This document shows positions 1 to 11,431 of a stretch of DNA of 64,000 nucleotides, one piece after another. The translations under genes and the position numbers were made by a program. Numbering within the stretch: position 1 is the first letter of the stretch; every line of letters starts with the position of its first letter. Below the pieces are notes generated by a model. The model saw nothing but the letters and a program-made list of their open reading frames with translations, was not told where the DNA came from and made no database searches. The stretch is from an uncultured Candidatus Binatia bacterium (GTDB lineage: Bacteria > Desulfobacterota > Binatia > UBA9968 > JAJDTQ01): assembly GCA_965242525.1 (NCBI GenBank), contig OZ251459.1, forward strand, positions 2,560,001-2,624,000, read 5' to 3'.

Positions 1-774
1 TTGACGTCGAGGGTTAGCCGATCCAGGCCGGTGAGGCCGGCGAGGGGGGTAAGGTCCGAGATCCGGTTGTCGTTGAGGTACAGCCGGGTCAGGCCGGTGA
101 GGCCGGCAAGGGGGCTGAGGTCCGAGATCCGGTTCACGGTGAGGCGCAGCAGCCTCAGGCTGGTGAGACCGGCGAGGGGGGTGAGGTCCGAGATCCGATA
201 GCTCGCGTGGAGCGCCAGGGTTTGCAGGTTGGTGAGACCGGCGATCGGCGCGAGGTTCTGGATGTCGCCATTTTCGATGGTCAGACTCCTCAGGCCTGTG
301 AGGCCGGCGAGGGGGGTGAGGTCCGAGATGGGGTGAAACTGGATTATCACGCGGGTCAGCCCGGTGGCGTGCTCCAGTCCCGTCAGATCGTGGATGTGGC
401 CGGCCACGTTGAACCGGTCCGAGAAGGGGCGCTCGAGATACAGGCAGCTAGTGGGGTTCGCAAAGGTGCAGGTCCTCAGCCCCGCCATGTCCGCATGGGT
501 GATGGTCGCTCCGCTGGCCTTGTTCAGCGCCGCCTCCACCTTCGCCCGCAAGTTGGCGTCGGGGATGTGCACCGGGTCGGTGGGCTGGGCCCCCGCGCCG
601 GTATGCGCCGCGGCCTCATGCGCGGGCGCCGCGAACGAGACCGCGGCCGCAACGGCCCACAGCGCGAGCAGGACGCGAAGGGAGCACCCTGAGTTTCGAC
701 CCGCGGCGGCGCAACCCCTTATCGGGGGGGGGGGGGGGGGCAGTGCATTCGGAAATCCCTTGCATGGTCGTCAT
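1..774 (-). CDS. Secreted leucine-rich repeat protein (internalin-like 22-aa LRRs); runs off the window edge and is frameshifted at a homopolymer near its 5' end
   Basis: Manual minus-strand translation gives LRVLLALWAVAAAVSFAAPA (signal-like), VHIPDANLRAKVEAAL (LRR cap), then repeated NRISDLTPLAGLTGLxxLxL. The ATG at 774 has a GAGG RBS but is one frame off from the LRR frame across the C17 tract. Absent from the ORF track because there is no in-frame start or stop. Confidence 0.85.
724..740. repeat. G17 homopolymer (C17 on the coding strand), candidate slipped-strand phase-variation tract
   Basis: 17 consecutive G counted at 724-740, about 11 codons after the LRR gene start. Confidence 0.9.
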
Positions 775-1037
775 GGCGTCCTCGGCTTGCCGGAGGTTGG
801 TATCCATCGGGTTTGCCCCTCTCCGGTCCGCCTTGGCCTTCGTCCACCCCGGAACCGGCCGCGAGTCGATGACGGAAAGGGAGACGGAACATAAGGACAA
901 CCGTTCACCTTGTCAAGGCCGAAACGCCGCCGCGCCGCCCGGACCCTATAGTGGCTCTTCGGGCTTTCGTGTGGGTAAGGCAGGAGGGAAAGGGAAGCGA
1001 CAGGGACCACGCCGTCACTGCTCCGCAGCCACCTGCC

Positions 1038-1195
1038 CCGTCATTCCCGCAGCCGCCCACTCACGTCATTCCCGCGAAAGCGGGAATCCATCCGGTTTCC
1101 TCGCTCTCGTTGCACAAACCGCTCATACATGGCGCCCACGGGGTTTGCCCGCAGGATCTGGATTCCCGCCCCCGCTTCCGCGAGGACATGCTTTC
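1038..1195. repeat. REP-like palindromic repeat with ATTCCC-N8-GGGAAT core
   Basis: CGTCATTCCCGCGAAAGCGGGAATCCA at 1064-1090, a partial copy from 1038, and an inverted arm TGGATTCCCGC at 1159-1169 interrupted before the MITE at 1196. Confidence 0.75.
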
Positions 1196-1290
1196 GGAAA
1201 CTCTGCACAATTCCGGTTTGAACCCTCTCTCCTGTGGGAAAACGCGTCCTGAGCGTAGCGAAGCGGAGTCGAAGGACGCGCTCATGCTCC
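1196..1290. mobile_element. MITE family copy, partial
   Basis: Left end GGAAACTCTGCACAAT plus core GTCCTGAGCGTAGCGAAGCGGAGTCGAAGGACGCGCTCATG. It supplies the stop codon of the adjacent gene. Confidence 0.6.
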
Positions 1291-2223
1291 CCCGGAAGAT
1301 CCCCACAGCTCGTCGATGTAGCCGCTGTCGTCGATCTCTCGCAGGTGGTGCAGGTCCCACATGGCCAGGGGATTGAAGCCGGCCACCTGCGGGTGGCGCT
1401 TGACCGCCAGGGCGAAGACGTTCCGTATGGCGTCGAGGGTGGGGTAGGGCCGGGGCTCCAGGGAAGCGGCCTGGTCTTCGTAGAAGGCGGCAAGCTCTTC
1501 GTCCGACTCGTACTTGTCCCCGCAGTGGGTCCTTATGATGTCCAGGGTCTCGTCCCGGCGGGTCTTGAAGAAGTGGACGCCGTCGATGAGCGCGCGGATC
1601 AGGGAGCGGACCTCCTCGGGGTGGCCGCGGACGTAGGTGGTGGTGGTGGTGAGGGTCACGCCCTCGATCATGTCCATGGTCGGGAGATCCAGGAGCCTTG
1701 CGTCCATGGCCCGTGCCCGCAGCCGGTCCACCGCGCGCACGAACGTGGCGTCGTATCGTCCCGACAGGACGCCGCGCACCCGCTCCACCGCGTTCTTGGG
1801 GCCGGTCACCAACTCCACGTCCCGCCCTTCCTCGATCCCGTGGAGCCTCAGGAACAGCCACACGTTGAGTCCGGTGTGGCCGTCGAAGTCGTCCATGGCC
1901 ACCCGCTTGCCCTTGAGGTCCTGGAGGCCGTGGATGCCGTCTCCGGCCACCAGGCAGTTCTCGCGCCACCGGTTGTTGGACTGGGCCACGTGGACGAAGG
2001 GCTCCCCGTGCAGGGCCCGGCGCACGTAGAGGTTGTGGTGGTTCCCGGAGACGACGTCGATGTCGCCGGCCCGCAGCCCCTGCATGGCTTTCCCGCGCAT
2101 GCCCTCCATGGAACCGAAGTCCATGCGGATCCCGTGCCGCTCCAGGAACCCTCCCTGCTCCATGACCTTCCACAGGGGCACGTGGCTCGACGCCCGGTAG
2201 TAGATGCGCATCCTGCTTGCCAT
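1282..2223 (-). CDS. NMT1/THI5/SsuA-like periplasmic-binding-fold protein without a signal peptide
   Basis: Motifs GFLERHGI, IHGLQDLKGKRVA, GIEEGRDVELV and C-terminal D.H.LREIDDSGYIDEL. Confidence 0.75.
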   Translation of the reverse strand: MASRMRIYYRASSHVPLWKVMEQGGFLERHGIRMDFGSMEGMRGKAMQGLRAGDIDVVSGNHHNLYVRRALHGEPFVHVAQSNNRWRENCLVAGDGIHGLQDLKGKRVAMDDFDGHTGLNVWLFLRLHGIEEGRDVELVTGPKNAVERVRGVLSGRYDATFVRAVDRLRARAMDARLLDLPTMDMIEGVTLTTTTTYVRGHPEEVRSLIRALIDGVHFFKTRRDETLDIIRTHCGDKYESDEELAAFYEDQAASLEPRPYPTLDAIRNVFALAVKRHPQVAGFNPLAMWDLHHLREIDDSGYIDELWGSSGGA

Positions 2224-2247
2224 GACGTGGCCTTTCGCCGGCTCCGG

Positions 2248-3321
2248 TCAGCCCGTGACCGCGGCCATCCTGGACTGCAACCCTTCACGGGCGAGCTCCC
2301 GCTCGAAGATCTCGCGGATCCTGGGGTCCTCGTCCTCGTACTCGATCTGGTCGCCGCCGTCCTTCACGCTCTTGTCCGTGCCGAAGCCCTTCTCCCTCAT
2401 GGGGAACTTGCGGCTGTTCCAGCGCAGCGCCAGGTACCGGGCGGGGACGGCGCCCGAGTTGAAGTGCTGGTGGAACCACATCTCCGGCGGCACGATCACG
2501 CTTCGCTCGCCCCAGTCGAACTTCCGGATGTCCGACCCGCTTGGCCACATCAGGGAGAACCCCTTGCCGCCGAGGATCACCACGTGGGCCCCGGGCCCGT
2601 GGCGGTGCGCCTTCTTGTAGGTGCCCACCGGGAACTCGGCGATGTGCGCGGTCATGGAGTTCTCGGACAGCTCGACGCCCAGGAACCGGCCGCCCGCGCC
2701 CCGGTTCTCGCGCACGTGGAGGTCGATGGACCTTGCGTCCGCGATGAAGTTCGTATCCCACACCTTGATGGCGCGGAAGTCGTACTGCTCGCCCTTGCCG
2801 GAGAAATAGTCCTCGGGGCCGTGGAACCGGTCGTGGAAGGCGAAGGGGTTGTCGAAGACGAAGTCCGCGTTGTGGAACAGGTTGACGACCAGCGGCGCGG
2901 AGGTCACGGCGAAGAAACGCGCGGGCTCCGAGCCGCTGCCGTTGAAGTGCTGGCGCCAGGTGTTGAGGGGAGGGGAGAACACGCTTCCGGCGCCCCACTC
3001 GAAAGTGCTCTTGCGGCCTTCGTCGTTCCACACGGAGGTGGCCCCGCGTCCGCTCACCACGTAGATCATCTCCTCGAACAGGTAGCGCTGCGCATGGAGG
3101 CTCTTGCCCGGAGGGATCTCGCAGACGTAGGAGTCGTTGCTCTCCCCCGTGCCGATGAGGTTGAGGTACGCCCCCAGCCCGCCCTTCCACTCCCACGGCG
3201 CCAGCTCCACCGCGCCGAGGTCCTCCACGTAGAACTCCCTGAGGACCGGTATGCCCTGGGACGCGACCCACTTCTGGTACGGGGTGCGGCCGCCCAGCTC
3301 CGCTCTCTGGCCCTTCAGCAC
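2248..3321 (-). CDS. Bicupin protein (gentisate 1,2-dioxygenase-like cupin family)
   Basis: Two cupin domains; AHRHGPGAH...PPEMWFHQHFN metal motif in the second, degenerate motif (QRYLFEE...WRQHFN) in the first. Confidence 0.8.
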   Translation of the reverse strand: MLKGQRAELGGRTPYQKWVASQGIPVLREFYVEDLGAVELAPWEWKGGLGAYLNLIGTGESNDSYVCEIPPGKSLHAQRYLFEEMIYVVSGRGATSVWNDEGRKSTFEWGAGSVFSPPLNTWRQHFNGSGSEPARFFAVTSAPLVVNLFHNADFVFDNPFAFHDRFHGPEDYFSGKGEQYDFRAIKVWDTNFIADARSIDLHVRENRGAGGRFLGVELSENSMTAHIAEFPVGTYKKAHRHGPGAHVVILGGKGFSLMWPSGSDIRKFDWGERSVIVPPEMWFHQHFNSGAVPARYLALRWNSRKFPMREKGFGTDKSVKDGGDQIEYEDEDPRIREIFERELAREGLQSRMAAVTG

Positions 3322-3512
3322 GTGGCGCTCCTTTCCGTCCCGGCAGCACGGCCCATCAGGCCACGGGAACGTCTTGACAACCCCCTATACCTTTGCGGAG
3401 TCCAATAAGCAACGCGGGCCGCTTGACTCTGCGTGCGGGTCTCAATAAGTCAATAAGAGGACAGGCTGGAGAGCGTCCCTCATCGCTCCATGACCCGACG
3501 GAGGTTACCCAC

Positions 3513-3926
3513 ATGGCTGACTTGCCCCACAAGGCGATACACGAATCCGTTGCGGAACTGCTCGACGAGCTGGCCAACGAGACCGGGCGGCCGGTGTCCT
3601 TCGCGGTCCTCGACGCGCACCGGGAACTGCTGCACTACACCCGCATGGACGGCGCGCCCTACCGGTCGAGCATACTCTCCCACAACAAGGGCTATTCCGC
3701 GCTGTGGTTCGGACGGGACTCGGTGGAGATCGAGAAGATGGTGGGTGACCGCGGCATCGCCGCCTACGGCGACGCCAACCTCACGTCCATCGGCGGCGGA
3801 GTCCTCATCCGGGACCGGGACGGGGCGGTGGCGGGCGCGGTGGGCGTGAGCGGCCGCACCATGCAGGAGGACATCGACGTGGCCGTCCGGCTGGTGGACA
3901 AGATCAAGGCCAGGGCCGGCCTCTGA
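3513..3926 (+). CDS. GlcG/HbpS family heme-binding protein
   Basis: PVSFAVLD...RMDGA...KGYSA...GGGVLI...GAVGVSG; ATG 3513 follows a GGAGG RBS. Confidence 0.85.
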   Translation: MADLPHKAIHESVAELLDELANETGRPVSFAVLDAHRELLHYTRMDGAPYRSSILSHNKGYSALWFGRDSVEIEKMVGDRGIAAYGDANLTSIGGGVLIRDRDGAVAGAVGVSGRTMQEDIDVAVRLVDKIKARAGL

Positions 3927-4022
3927 TGGCGCGGTTCCGTTTTCGGCGGGTGCGGCGGCCACCGGAGCGGGAACGGGACTCTGACGTTGTGATTCCAGCC
4001 GAGGGAGGAGGGAAAAGGCGCT

Positions 4023-4505
4023 ATGACGGAATTCGAACTGGCCACCATCAGTTACCAGAACGAGATGCTGGGGCTTCGCTATCTGGGAAACTGGATTGCT
4101 GCAGCGGTCGGGTTCGGGCAGATCGTCTCGATCTGGATCGGGTTCTGGCTCATGTGGCGGACCACCGACCAGCGCCGAGCCGCAGACGGTCAACGCCACG
4201 CCGAAGCGATGGATCTCGCCGGTCAACGCCACGCCGAAGTGATGGATCTCGCCGATAAGCGCCACGCGGAAGCAATGGAAGTCGCGGGCAAGCGCCATGA
4301 TGAAGCCATGGAAATCGCCGACAAGCGCCATGATGAAGCGATGGAAGTCGCGGGCAAGCGCCACGAGGAGGCGATGGCCAGCGCCGACCAGCGTCACGCG
4401 GAATCCATGGCCGCTATCCGTGAGCAGGGCGAGGCGCTGCGGACCTTGATCCGGGGCATGGAGGCCGTCCTCGAACGCACTGCGCCAAGGGGGGACAGCC
4501 GATGA
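4023..4505 (+). CDS. Hypothetical membrane-anchored protein with seven 11-aa tandem repeats
   Basis: Hydrophobic segment WIAAAVGFGQIVSIWIGFWLMW followed by A(D/G)(K/Q)RH(A/D/E)EAMxx repeats; purine-rich RBS upstream. Confidence 0.75.
   Translation: MTEFELATISYQNEMLGLRYLGNWIAAAVGFGQIVSIWIGFWLMWRTTDQRRAADGQRHAEAMDLAGQRHAEVMDLADKRHAEAMEVAGKRHDEAMEIADKRHDEAMEVAGKRHEEAMASADQRHAESMAAIREQGEALRTLIRGMEAVLERTAPRGDSR
4185..4415 (+). repeat. Coding 33-bp tandem repeat, 7 units
   Basis: Units such as GCCGACAAGCGCCATGATGAAGCGATGGAAGTC repeated head to tail without spacers. Confidence 0.85.
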
Positions 4506-4680
4506 AGACCCTGTGCTCCACCCTCGTCGATGCGGCCCCTCCCGAAATCCTCGCCGAGTACGGGAAGGCGGTGACGGCGCAGTGGCCTCCCTCCGCGGGG
4601 CGGAGGGGGATGGGACCGGATGAGCCGGGGAGACCTTGGCCAATCCCGGACGCGCCGAAGCGGCGTTGGAAGCCGGCGGG

Positions 4681-5721
4681 CTACCGCCCGGCCAGACCGC
4701 GCTCCATGATGTAGGCCGCGGCGGCGCAGAGGCTCTCCCTGGCCGGAACGAAGTCCATGTCCAGCAGGCTCCGGGCCCGGGCGCTGTCCATTTCGTAGCG
4801 CCGTCCGAGAAGGGGCGTGAAGGACCGGGCCTGCCGGTTGAAGATCCCCCCCAGGCGGACCACGAAGTCGGGCGCGACCCTCACGGGGATCCTGCGTTGG
4901 GGGTAGGCAGCCTTCAGGGTCTCGGCCATTTCCGCGATCCACAGGAACTCGGCCGCGGCGATGATGCGCTTGCCCGCGGCGCCCGGCGTCACAATGGCGC
5001 GGACGTGCATGCGGGCCACGTCCGTCACGTCCACCAGGGATATGCCCAGGTTGGGCACCATGGGGTCCCGGCCCCGGAGCAGCCGTTCCACCAGGCGCAG
5101 CGAGGCGCCGTAGAGGTCGTCGAGCGGACGGCCGAGGACGAGGCAGGGGTTGATGGCGGTGAGCTCCATCTCCGGCGCCGTGTTCTCCACGAAGTCCCAC
5201 GCCGCCCGTTCCGCCAGCGTCTTGGATTTGGCGTAGGGCCTGATCCTGGGCCACGAGGGGTCGCTCCAGTCCGTCTCGTCGAACCGGCTCGTCCCCGGGC
5301 CCCGGGGCGAGTCGGTGACCGCGGAGGAGGATGAGGTCAACACCACGCGGCGGATGCCGGCGGCATGGGCGGCGCCCAGCGCCCGCAGCGTTCCTCCCAC
5401 CGCGGGGCGGATGAGTTCGTCCTCGTCCCGCGGCTGGGTCACGGGCACGGGCGACGCCGTGTGCACCAGCACGTCCACGCCCGACATGGCGTCGCTCCAA
5501 CCCTCGTCGCGGTTGAGGTCCAGCAGCACGAAGCGCAGACGCCGGTCGAGGTCCTCGTGGGTGGCGAGATGCGGCCGGACCGCGTCCCGGACTTCGTTCC
5601 GGCGCGAGTCCGACCGCACCGATCCCACCACGTCGTAACCCGCGTTCAGCAAATCGAGCACCACGCGCTTGGCGATGAAGCCGCTCGCGCCCGTGACCAG
5701 TACGGTTTTCGGTTCCGTCAT
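4681..5721 (-). CDS. NAD-dependent epimerase/dehydratase, aldehyde-reductase-like extended SDR
   Basis: VLVTGASGFIA Rossmann motif, HTASP, VVLTSS, YAKSK catalytic motif. Confidence 0.9.
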   Translation of the reverse strand: MTEPKTVLVTGASGFIAKRVVLDLLNAGYDVVGSVRSDSRRNEVRDAVRPHLATHEDLDRRLRFVLLDLNRDEGWSDAMSGVDVLVHTASPVPVTQPRDEDELIRPAVGGTLRALGAAHAAGIRRVVLTSSSSAVTDSPRGPGTSRFDETDWSDPSWPRIRPYAKSKTLAERAAWDFVENTAPEMELTAINPCLVLGRPLDDLYGASLRLVERLLRGRDPMVPNLGISLVDVTDVARMHVRAIVTPGAAGKRIIAAAEFLWIAEMAETLKAAYPQRRIPVRVAPDFVVRLGGIFNRQARSFTPLLGRRYEMDSARARSLLDMDFVPARESLCAAAAYIMERGLAGR

Positions 5722-5784
5722 TGGGGTTCCCGCGGCAGGGGAGGACGAAGCCCGGACATCGTTTGCGCTTTCCTCCGCTTGCGT

Positions 5785-7884
<2,100 letters not shown>

Positions 7885-7920
7885 TACGACATACCCTCCG
7901 GCGCAAGGGATGGCCGACCG

Positions 7921-9198
7921 CTACTCGGCGTCGTCCCGGGATTCCCGTTCCAGGTCGGCGTTCACCTCATAGGCGTGGTGGAACTCGTCTCCTTCGATCT
8001 CCGGTCGGGAGCCGGGGTAGAACCTGAGCAGGTCCCATTCGTTGATGGAGGCGCGGACCTTGTACCGCATGCGGTTCTGGAACCCGGCGCCTCCCGTATC
8101 CCCTTGCAGCGCCGGCGCGTTCCAGCCGTAGGCGGTGCTGTAGATTTCCCGCAGCTTCTCCACGGTTTCCCGGACGTCGGTCCCGGTGGGCGAAGCCAGC
8201 GGCAGGCATTCGCGTTCCAGCAGGCGCATCCCGGTCTCCGCCCGGGCGGCGATGCCCTTGTACCTGCTGCCCTGCATCTTCGCGCCGACGTAGTCGCGGT
8301 CCCTCTTGGACCCGGACCCGTCGGGGCTGATGACCGCGAGTGCGAAGTCGTCGGTCACGGTTCCGACGGCCACCAGTCCCGGACAGGGTTCGTTGCGGGT
8401 CTTCCCCTGCCAGCGGGCCAACTCCGCATAGGACCTGCCCCGTTGCAGGAGCGTGTAGGAGCCGATCAACTCGATCTCGTCCAGCAGCACCACCCAGCCC
8501 TCGAAGCCGGCGCCCCGGATGAGCTCGTTGGCGAACCGCAGGCGCTGCGGAGGCAGGTCGGCCGCCTTGGGCGCGCGAAACGGGTAGTTCTGCAATTGTC
8601 CGATCTTCCTGAGGCCGTCCTTGACGGTGGATACCCTGATCCGGTCGCCCGCCCAGAACGCTTCGATCTGGCCGTTGCGCTCCGGGTCTCCCGACCTTTC
8701 GTGGACCATCAGGCTCGCCGGAAAGATCGGACTGAGAAGGCCGTCGCGGGCGGCCTTGTCGGCCCACCGGAAGAAAGCGGCGTAGGCCGGGGAGTCCGGC
8801 CGGAGGGCTTGCGCCAGTTCTTCCATCAGCCGCCCGGTGTGCCCCGGCGCGCGCCCGTTCTCCACCGCCGATTGGAACACCTTGCCCAGGTCGTAGAGAG
8901 GCGTCTCCTTGCTGACGGCCACCTTGCTGCAAACGAACCCCTGCGACAGGGCCCGGTGTTCCAGGTGGGTCAGCAGGTGGGACTTGCCCGACCCGAAATC
9001 GCCGGAGACCAGCATTCCCAGGGCGCCGTCGGGGGGTTCGTCCGCATCCGCGGCCCTGGCCAGCAGGGCCGTGAAATCGCCTACCGCCCGGGGCTGGTTG
9101 CAGCCCAGGATCTCCACCGCGTCCCCGTTGGGAACGCCGTTGCGGAGCGCTTCGAGGGCGCGTCTGCAGGACAGGACAGGGTATTGATCCGCAGGCAT
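7921..9198 (-). CDS. BrxD/DUF2791-like P-loop ATPase
   Basis: RRALEALRNGVP N-terminus, Walker A GDFGSGKS, SKETPL, Walker B VVLLDEIE; ATG at 9198. Confidence 0.8.
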   Translation of the reverse strand: MPADQYPVLSCRRALEALRNGVPNGDAVEILGCNQPRAVGDFTALLARAADADEPPDGALGMLVSGDFGSGKSHLLTHLEHRALSQGFVCSKVAVSKETPLYDLGKVFQSAVENGRAPGHTGRLMEELAQALRPDSPAYAAFFRWADKAARDGLLSPIFPASLMVHERSGDPERNGQIEAFWAGDRIRVSTVKDGLRKIGQLQNYPFRAPKAADLPPQRLRFANELIRGAGFEGWVVLLDEIELIGSYTLLQRGRSYAELARWQGKTRNEPCPGLVAVGTVTDDFALAVISPDGSGSKRDRDYVGAKMQGSRYKGIAARAETGMRLLERECLPLASPTGTDVRETVEKLREIYSTAYGWNAPALQGDTGGAGFQNRMRYKVRASINEWDLLRFYPGSRPEIEGDEFHHAYEVNADLERESRDDAE

Positions 9199-9212
9199 GA
9201 CGAGGGATCCTT

Positions 9213-10172
9213 TCAGGACAGTCGCACGAGGGAGGCGACGGGGTTGACCAGGCTCCTGTCTCGAACGTCGTCCATCACCCTGGTGCGCAGGGCCTGGTAG
9301 ATGCCATAGCCTCTGGACCCGGGACTTTCGTCCACGAACTCGGAGTTGGCGGCCACCAACAGGAGGGTTCCCGACAGCCGGTCGATGTCGTCGATGAACT
9401 CGCGCAGCAGCTCGTAGTGGTCCATGGCCATGGCCCGGGTGTAGTACCGCTTGCCGTCCCTGGGGTTGCGGGCCAGGGTGACGCGGGAGTTGTCCAGCAT
9501 GACGACGGTCCCGGCAAATCCAGCCAGGCGGACCCAGTGGAGGGCGGATTCGATGAAGTACCGGGCGGTGGTGCGGTTGATGCCGGTGTAGATGGAAAAG
9601 GGACGCACGCTGCTGACTCGCGTGTTGGCGCCGGTCAGCCAATCCAGTACGGGCTGGCCGTCGTACTCGCCGCGGTCACGAGTGTTTTCCATGAGGCAGA
9701 GTTGACTCATGGCCGCTCGGAAGTCCTTGGCCATCCGAGGGTTCTTGGAGACGCGCTCCTGTATTTCCGGGAGGATTGCCTGGAAGAAGAACCGCAAGTC
9801 GATGCCGTTGCGGTCGGCCACCGCGGCAAAGACGTTGCCGGACGCTCCGGGGTCCACGCCTTCGACCGCGTAACCCTTGTCGCCCGCCAGCCGCCGGATC
9901 AGCCGTCGGGCCAGTAGCCGCCAGTCCATGCGGCGAGCCAGCCCGAAGAAGAGGTCCTGCGGCATGTGCGCCCGCATGTCCGCGGCGTCCAGCGCCGCGA
10001 AGACGTAGTCCAGCTTCCGGCAGCGCTCGGCTACGGCTTCACGCAAGGCCGGTTTCAATTCGTCCTCGGTGACGGCGAACTTGACGGAGGCGCCGCCGTC
10101 CCTGACGAAAGCGGACAGGTACTCGCGGTCGATGTGCTGCAACCAGTCTCGCAGGGGGATGCGGTTCGCCAT
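9213..10172 (-). CDS. BrxD/DUF2791-like protein with a degenerate Walker A (probable pseudo-ATPase)
   Basis: GGASVKFAV is not followed by GxxGxGK; VVMLDN, YELLREFIDDID and YQALRTRV resemble DUF2791 motifs. Confidence 0.65.
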   Translation of the reverse strand: MANRIPLRDWLQHIDREYLSAFVRDGGASVKFAVTEDELKPALREAVAERCRKLDYVFAALDAADMRAHMPQDLFFGLARRMDWRLLARRLIRRLAGDKGYAVEGVDPGASGNVFAAVADRNGIDLRFFFQAILPEIQERVSKNPRMAKDFRAAMSQLCLMENTRDRGEYDGQPVLDWLTGANTRVSSVRPFSIYTGINRTTARYFIESALHWVRLAGFAGTVVMLDNSRVTLARNPRDGKRYYTRAMAMDHYELLREFIDDIDRLSGTLLLVAANSEFVDESPGSRGYGIYQALRTRVMDDVRDRSLVNPVASLVRLS

Positions 10173-10969
10173 CAGTCGCCCTCGGTAAACCGGAGTCCGT
10201 AGTACTGGACGTCGCGGCCGTCCGGTCCGACGAAGGAGAACACGCCCTTGGAGCGCCGTGTGCCGGTGGACGACGGGAAGGAGACGGCCGCGCCCTGTTT
10301 CGTGCGTTCAGGGCCTTTCGTGTCCAGGATATACAGGTCTCTGGCGAAGTCCGTGCGGTCGTATTCCCGGCTGCTGCCCGGCAAGGAGGTGAACAGCCGG
10401 TAGATCCTTTCCAGGGGCACGACCCGCCCTGCGGTCCTCACCAGGCGGTCCGGGTTCTCTTCCCTGACGATGTCCGAGTACACGGCGTAGAGGGACTCGA
10501 GGAAAGCGCCTGACTGGTAGCGGCCGGGCTTCTCCTGGTTCTTCAACAGGACGTCCGCCAAATAGGACGGTCTGATGGAGGAGACCTTCTTCCTGTCGAT
10601 CCTGACCGCGCGTTCGCCGGGCAGGATGCGCACCACGGAGGGATGGGAGATCAGCCGGTCGTCCCGCTCGTGCACGTCCAGGTTTCGCTCCGAGGCGATG
10701 CGGCGCAACTCGGCCGAGTATCCGTCCCTCAGGTACTGCTCTTCCTCGCCGTCCTGGAACGGCCAGGCCCGGACGGCGTTGGCCACGGTCTCCTCCAGGG
10801 AGCCCATCGCGCCGTCGAGCCTCCCCTGGGTCCTCTTCATGGCGGCAAGGTTCCCTTCCCTGGACGCCTTCTGCAACTGCTTGGCCAGCCGGATCAGTTC
10901 CCCGGCCGAATCCAGTGTCGATTTCGCAGCCCTCTCGGTATCGCTGAAGGCTTGTTCGAAGCTGTCCAT
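10172..10969 (-). CDS. Hypothetical protein with a helical/coiled-coil N-terminus; first gene of the ATPase-helicase operon
   Basis: 265-aa ORF with GGAG RBS; stop overlaps the next start (TGATG). Confidence 0.75.
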   Translation of the reverse strand: MDSFEQAFSDTERAAKSTLDSAGELIRLAKQLQKASREGNLAAMKRTQGRLDGAMGSLEETVANAVRAWPFQDGEEEQYLRDGYSAELRRIASERNLDVHERDDRLISHPSVVRILPGERAVRIDRKKVSSIRPSYLADVLLKNQEKPGRYQSGAFLESLYAVYSDIVREENPDRLVRTAGRVVPLERIYRLFTSLPGSSREYDRTDFARDLYILDTKGPERTKQGAAVSFPSSTGTRRSKGVFSFVGPDGRDVQYYGLRFTEGD

Positions 10970-11051
10970 TCCATGCTCCCGGAGGTTCCGCGTCGGTTTC
11001 GGCTCGTGGTTGGCCTTTCTGCCTGTCCCGCCTGTCGTGCAGGCCGGTTTC

Positions 11052-11166
11052 GGAAACCCTGAAAGATCGTCCCCGTTCGTTCCGAGCGCAGCGAAGTCGA
11101 AGGACGCGCTTTCCCACGGGGAGAGACGCCTCGAGCCGGGAGGGGCCGGGATTGCCCAGAGCTTCC
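11052..11166. mobile_element. MITE family copy with 4-bp target duplication TTTC
   Basis: Degenerate TIRs GGAAACCCTGAAAGATC / GATTGCCCAGAGCTTCC; TTTC at 11048-11051 and 11167-11170; internal GCGAAGTCGAAGGACGCGCT core. Confidence 0.7.
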
Positions 11167-11431
11167 TTTCTTGAATAACACGGGATAGCCGTCAATGCAT
11201 CACCGCGTCAAGGGATCGGCCCTCGACCCGGCAGCCGCGGCTTCCGGTTCGATGCGCCGACCCCGGCGCGCGACGCCCCGAGGGGTTGAACGAGGCGGCG
11301 AAGCAAGGCTAAATGGAGACCATGCAGTCCGGATTCCGTCAGCGGGCGTGGGTCCGTCCGGGTCGCTGACGGTCGAGGGGGGCCGAAAACGGGACCGCAA
11401 TTCGCGGGCGTCCACGAAGAAAGGGCGGCAC

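Noticed and set aside
4185-4415. 33-bp periodic repeat as a CRISPR array
   Set aside because: Head-to-tail with no unique spacers, varies like coding sequence, lies in an ORF, and no cas genes are present.
4502-4714. 70-aa ORF coupled (ATGA) to the repeat protein
   Set aside because: No recognisable motif and it overlaps the convergent SDR gene; possibly a remnant but unsupported.
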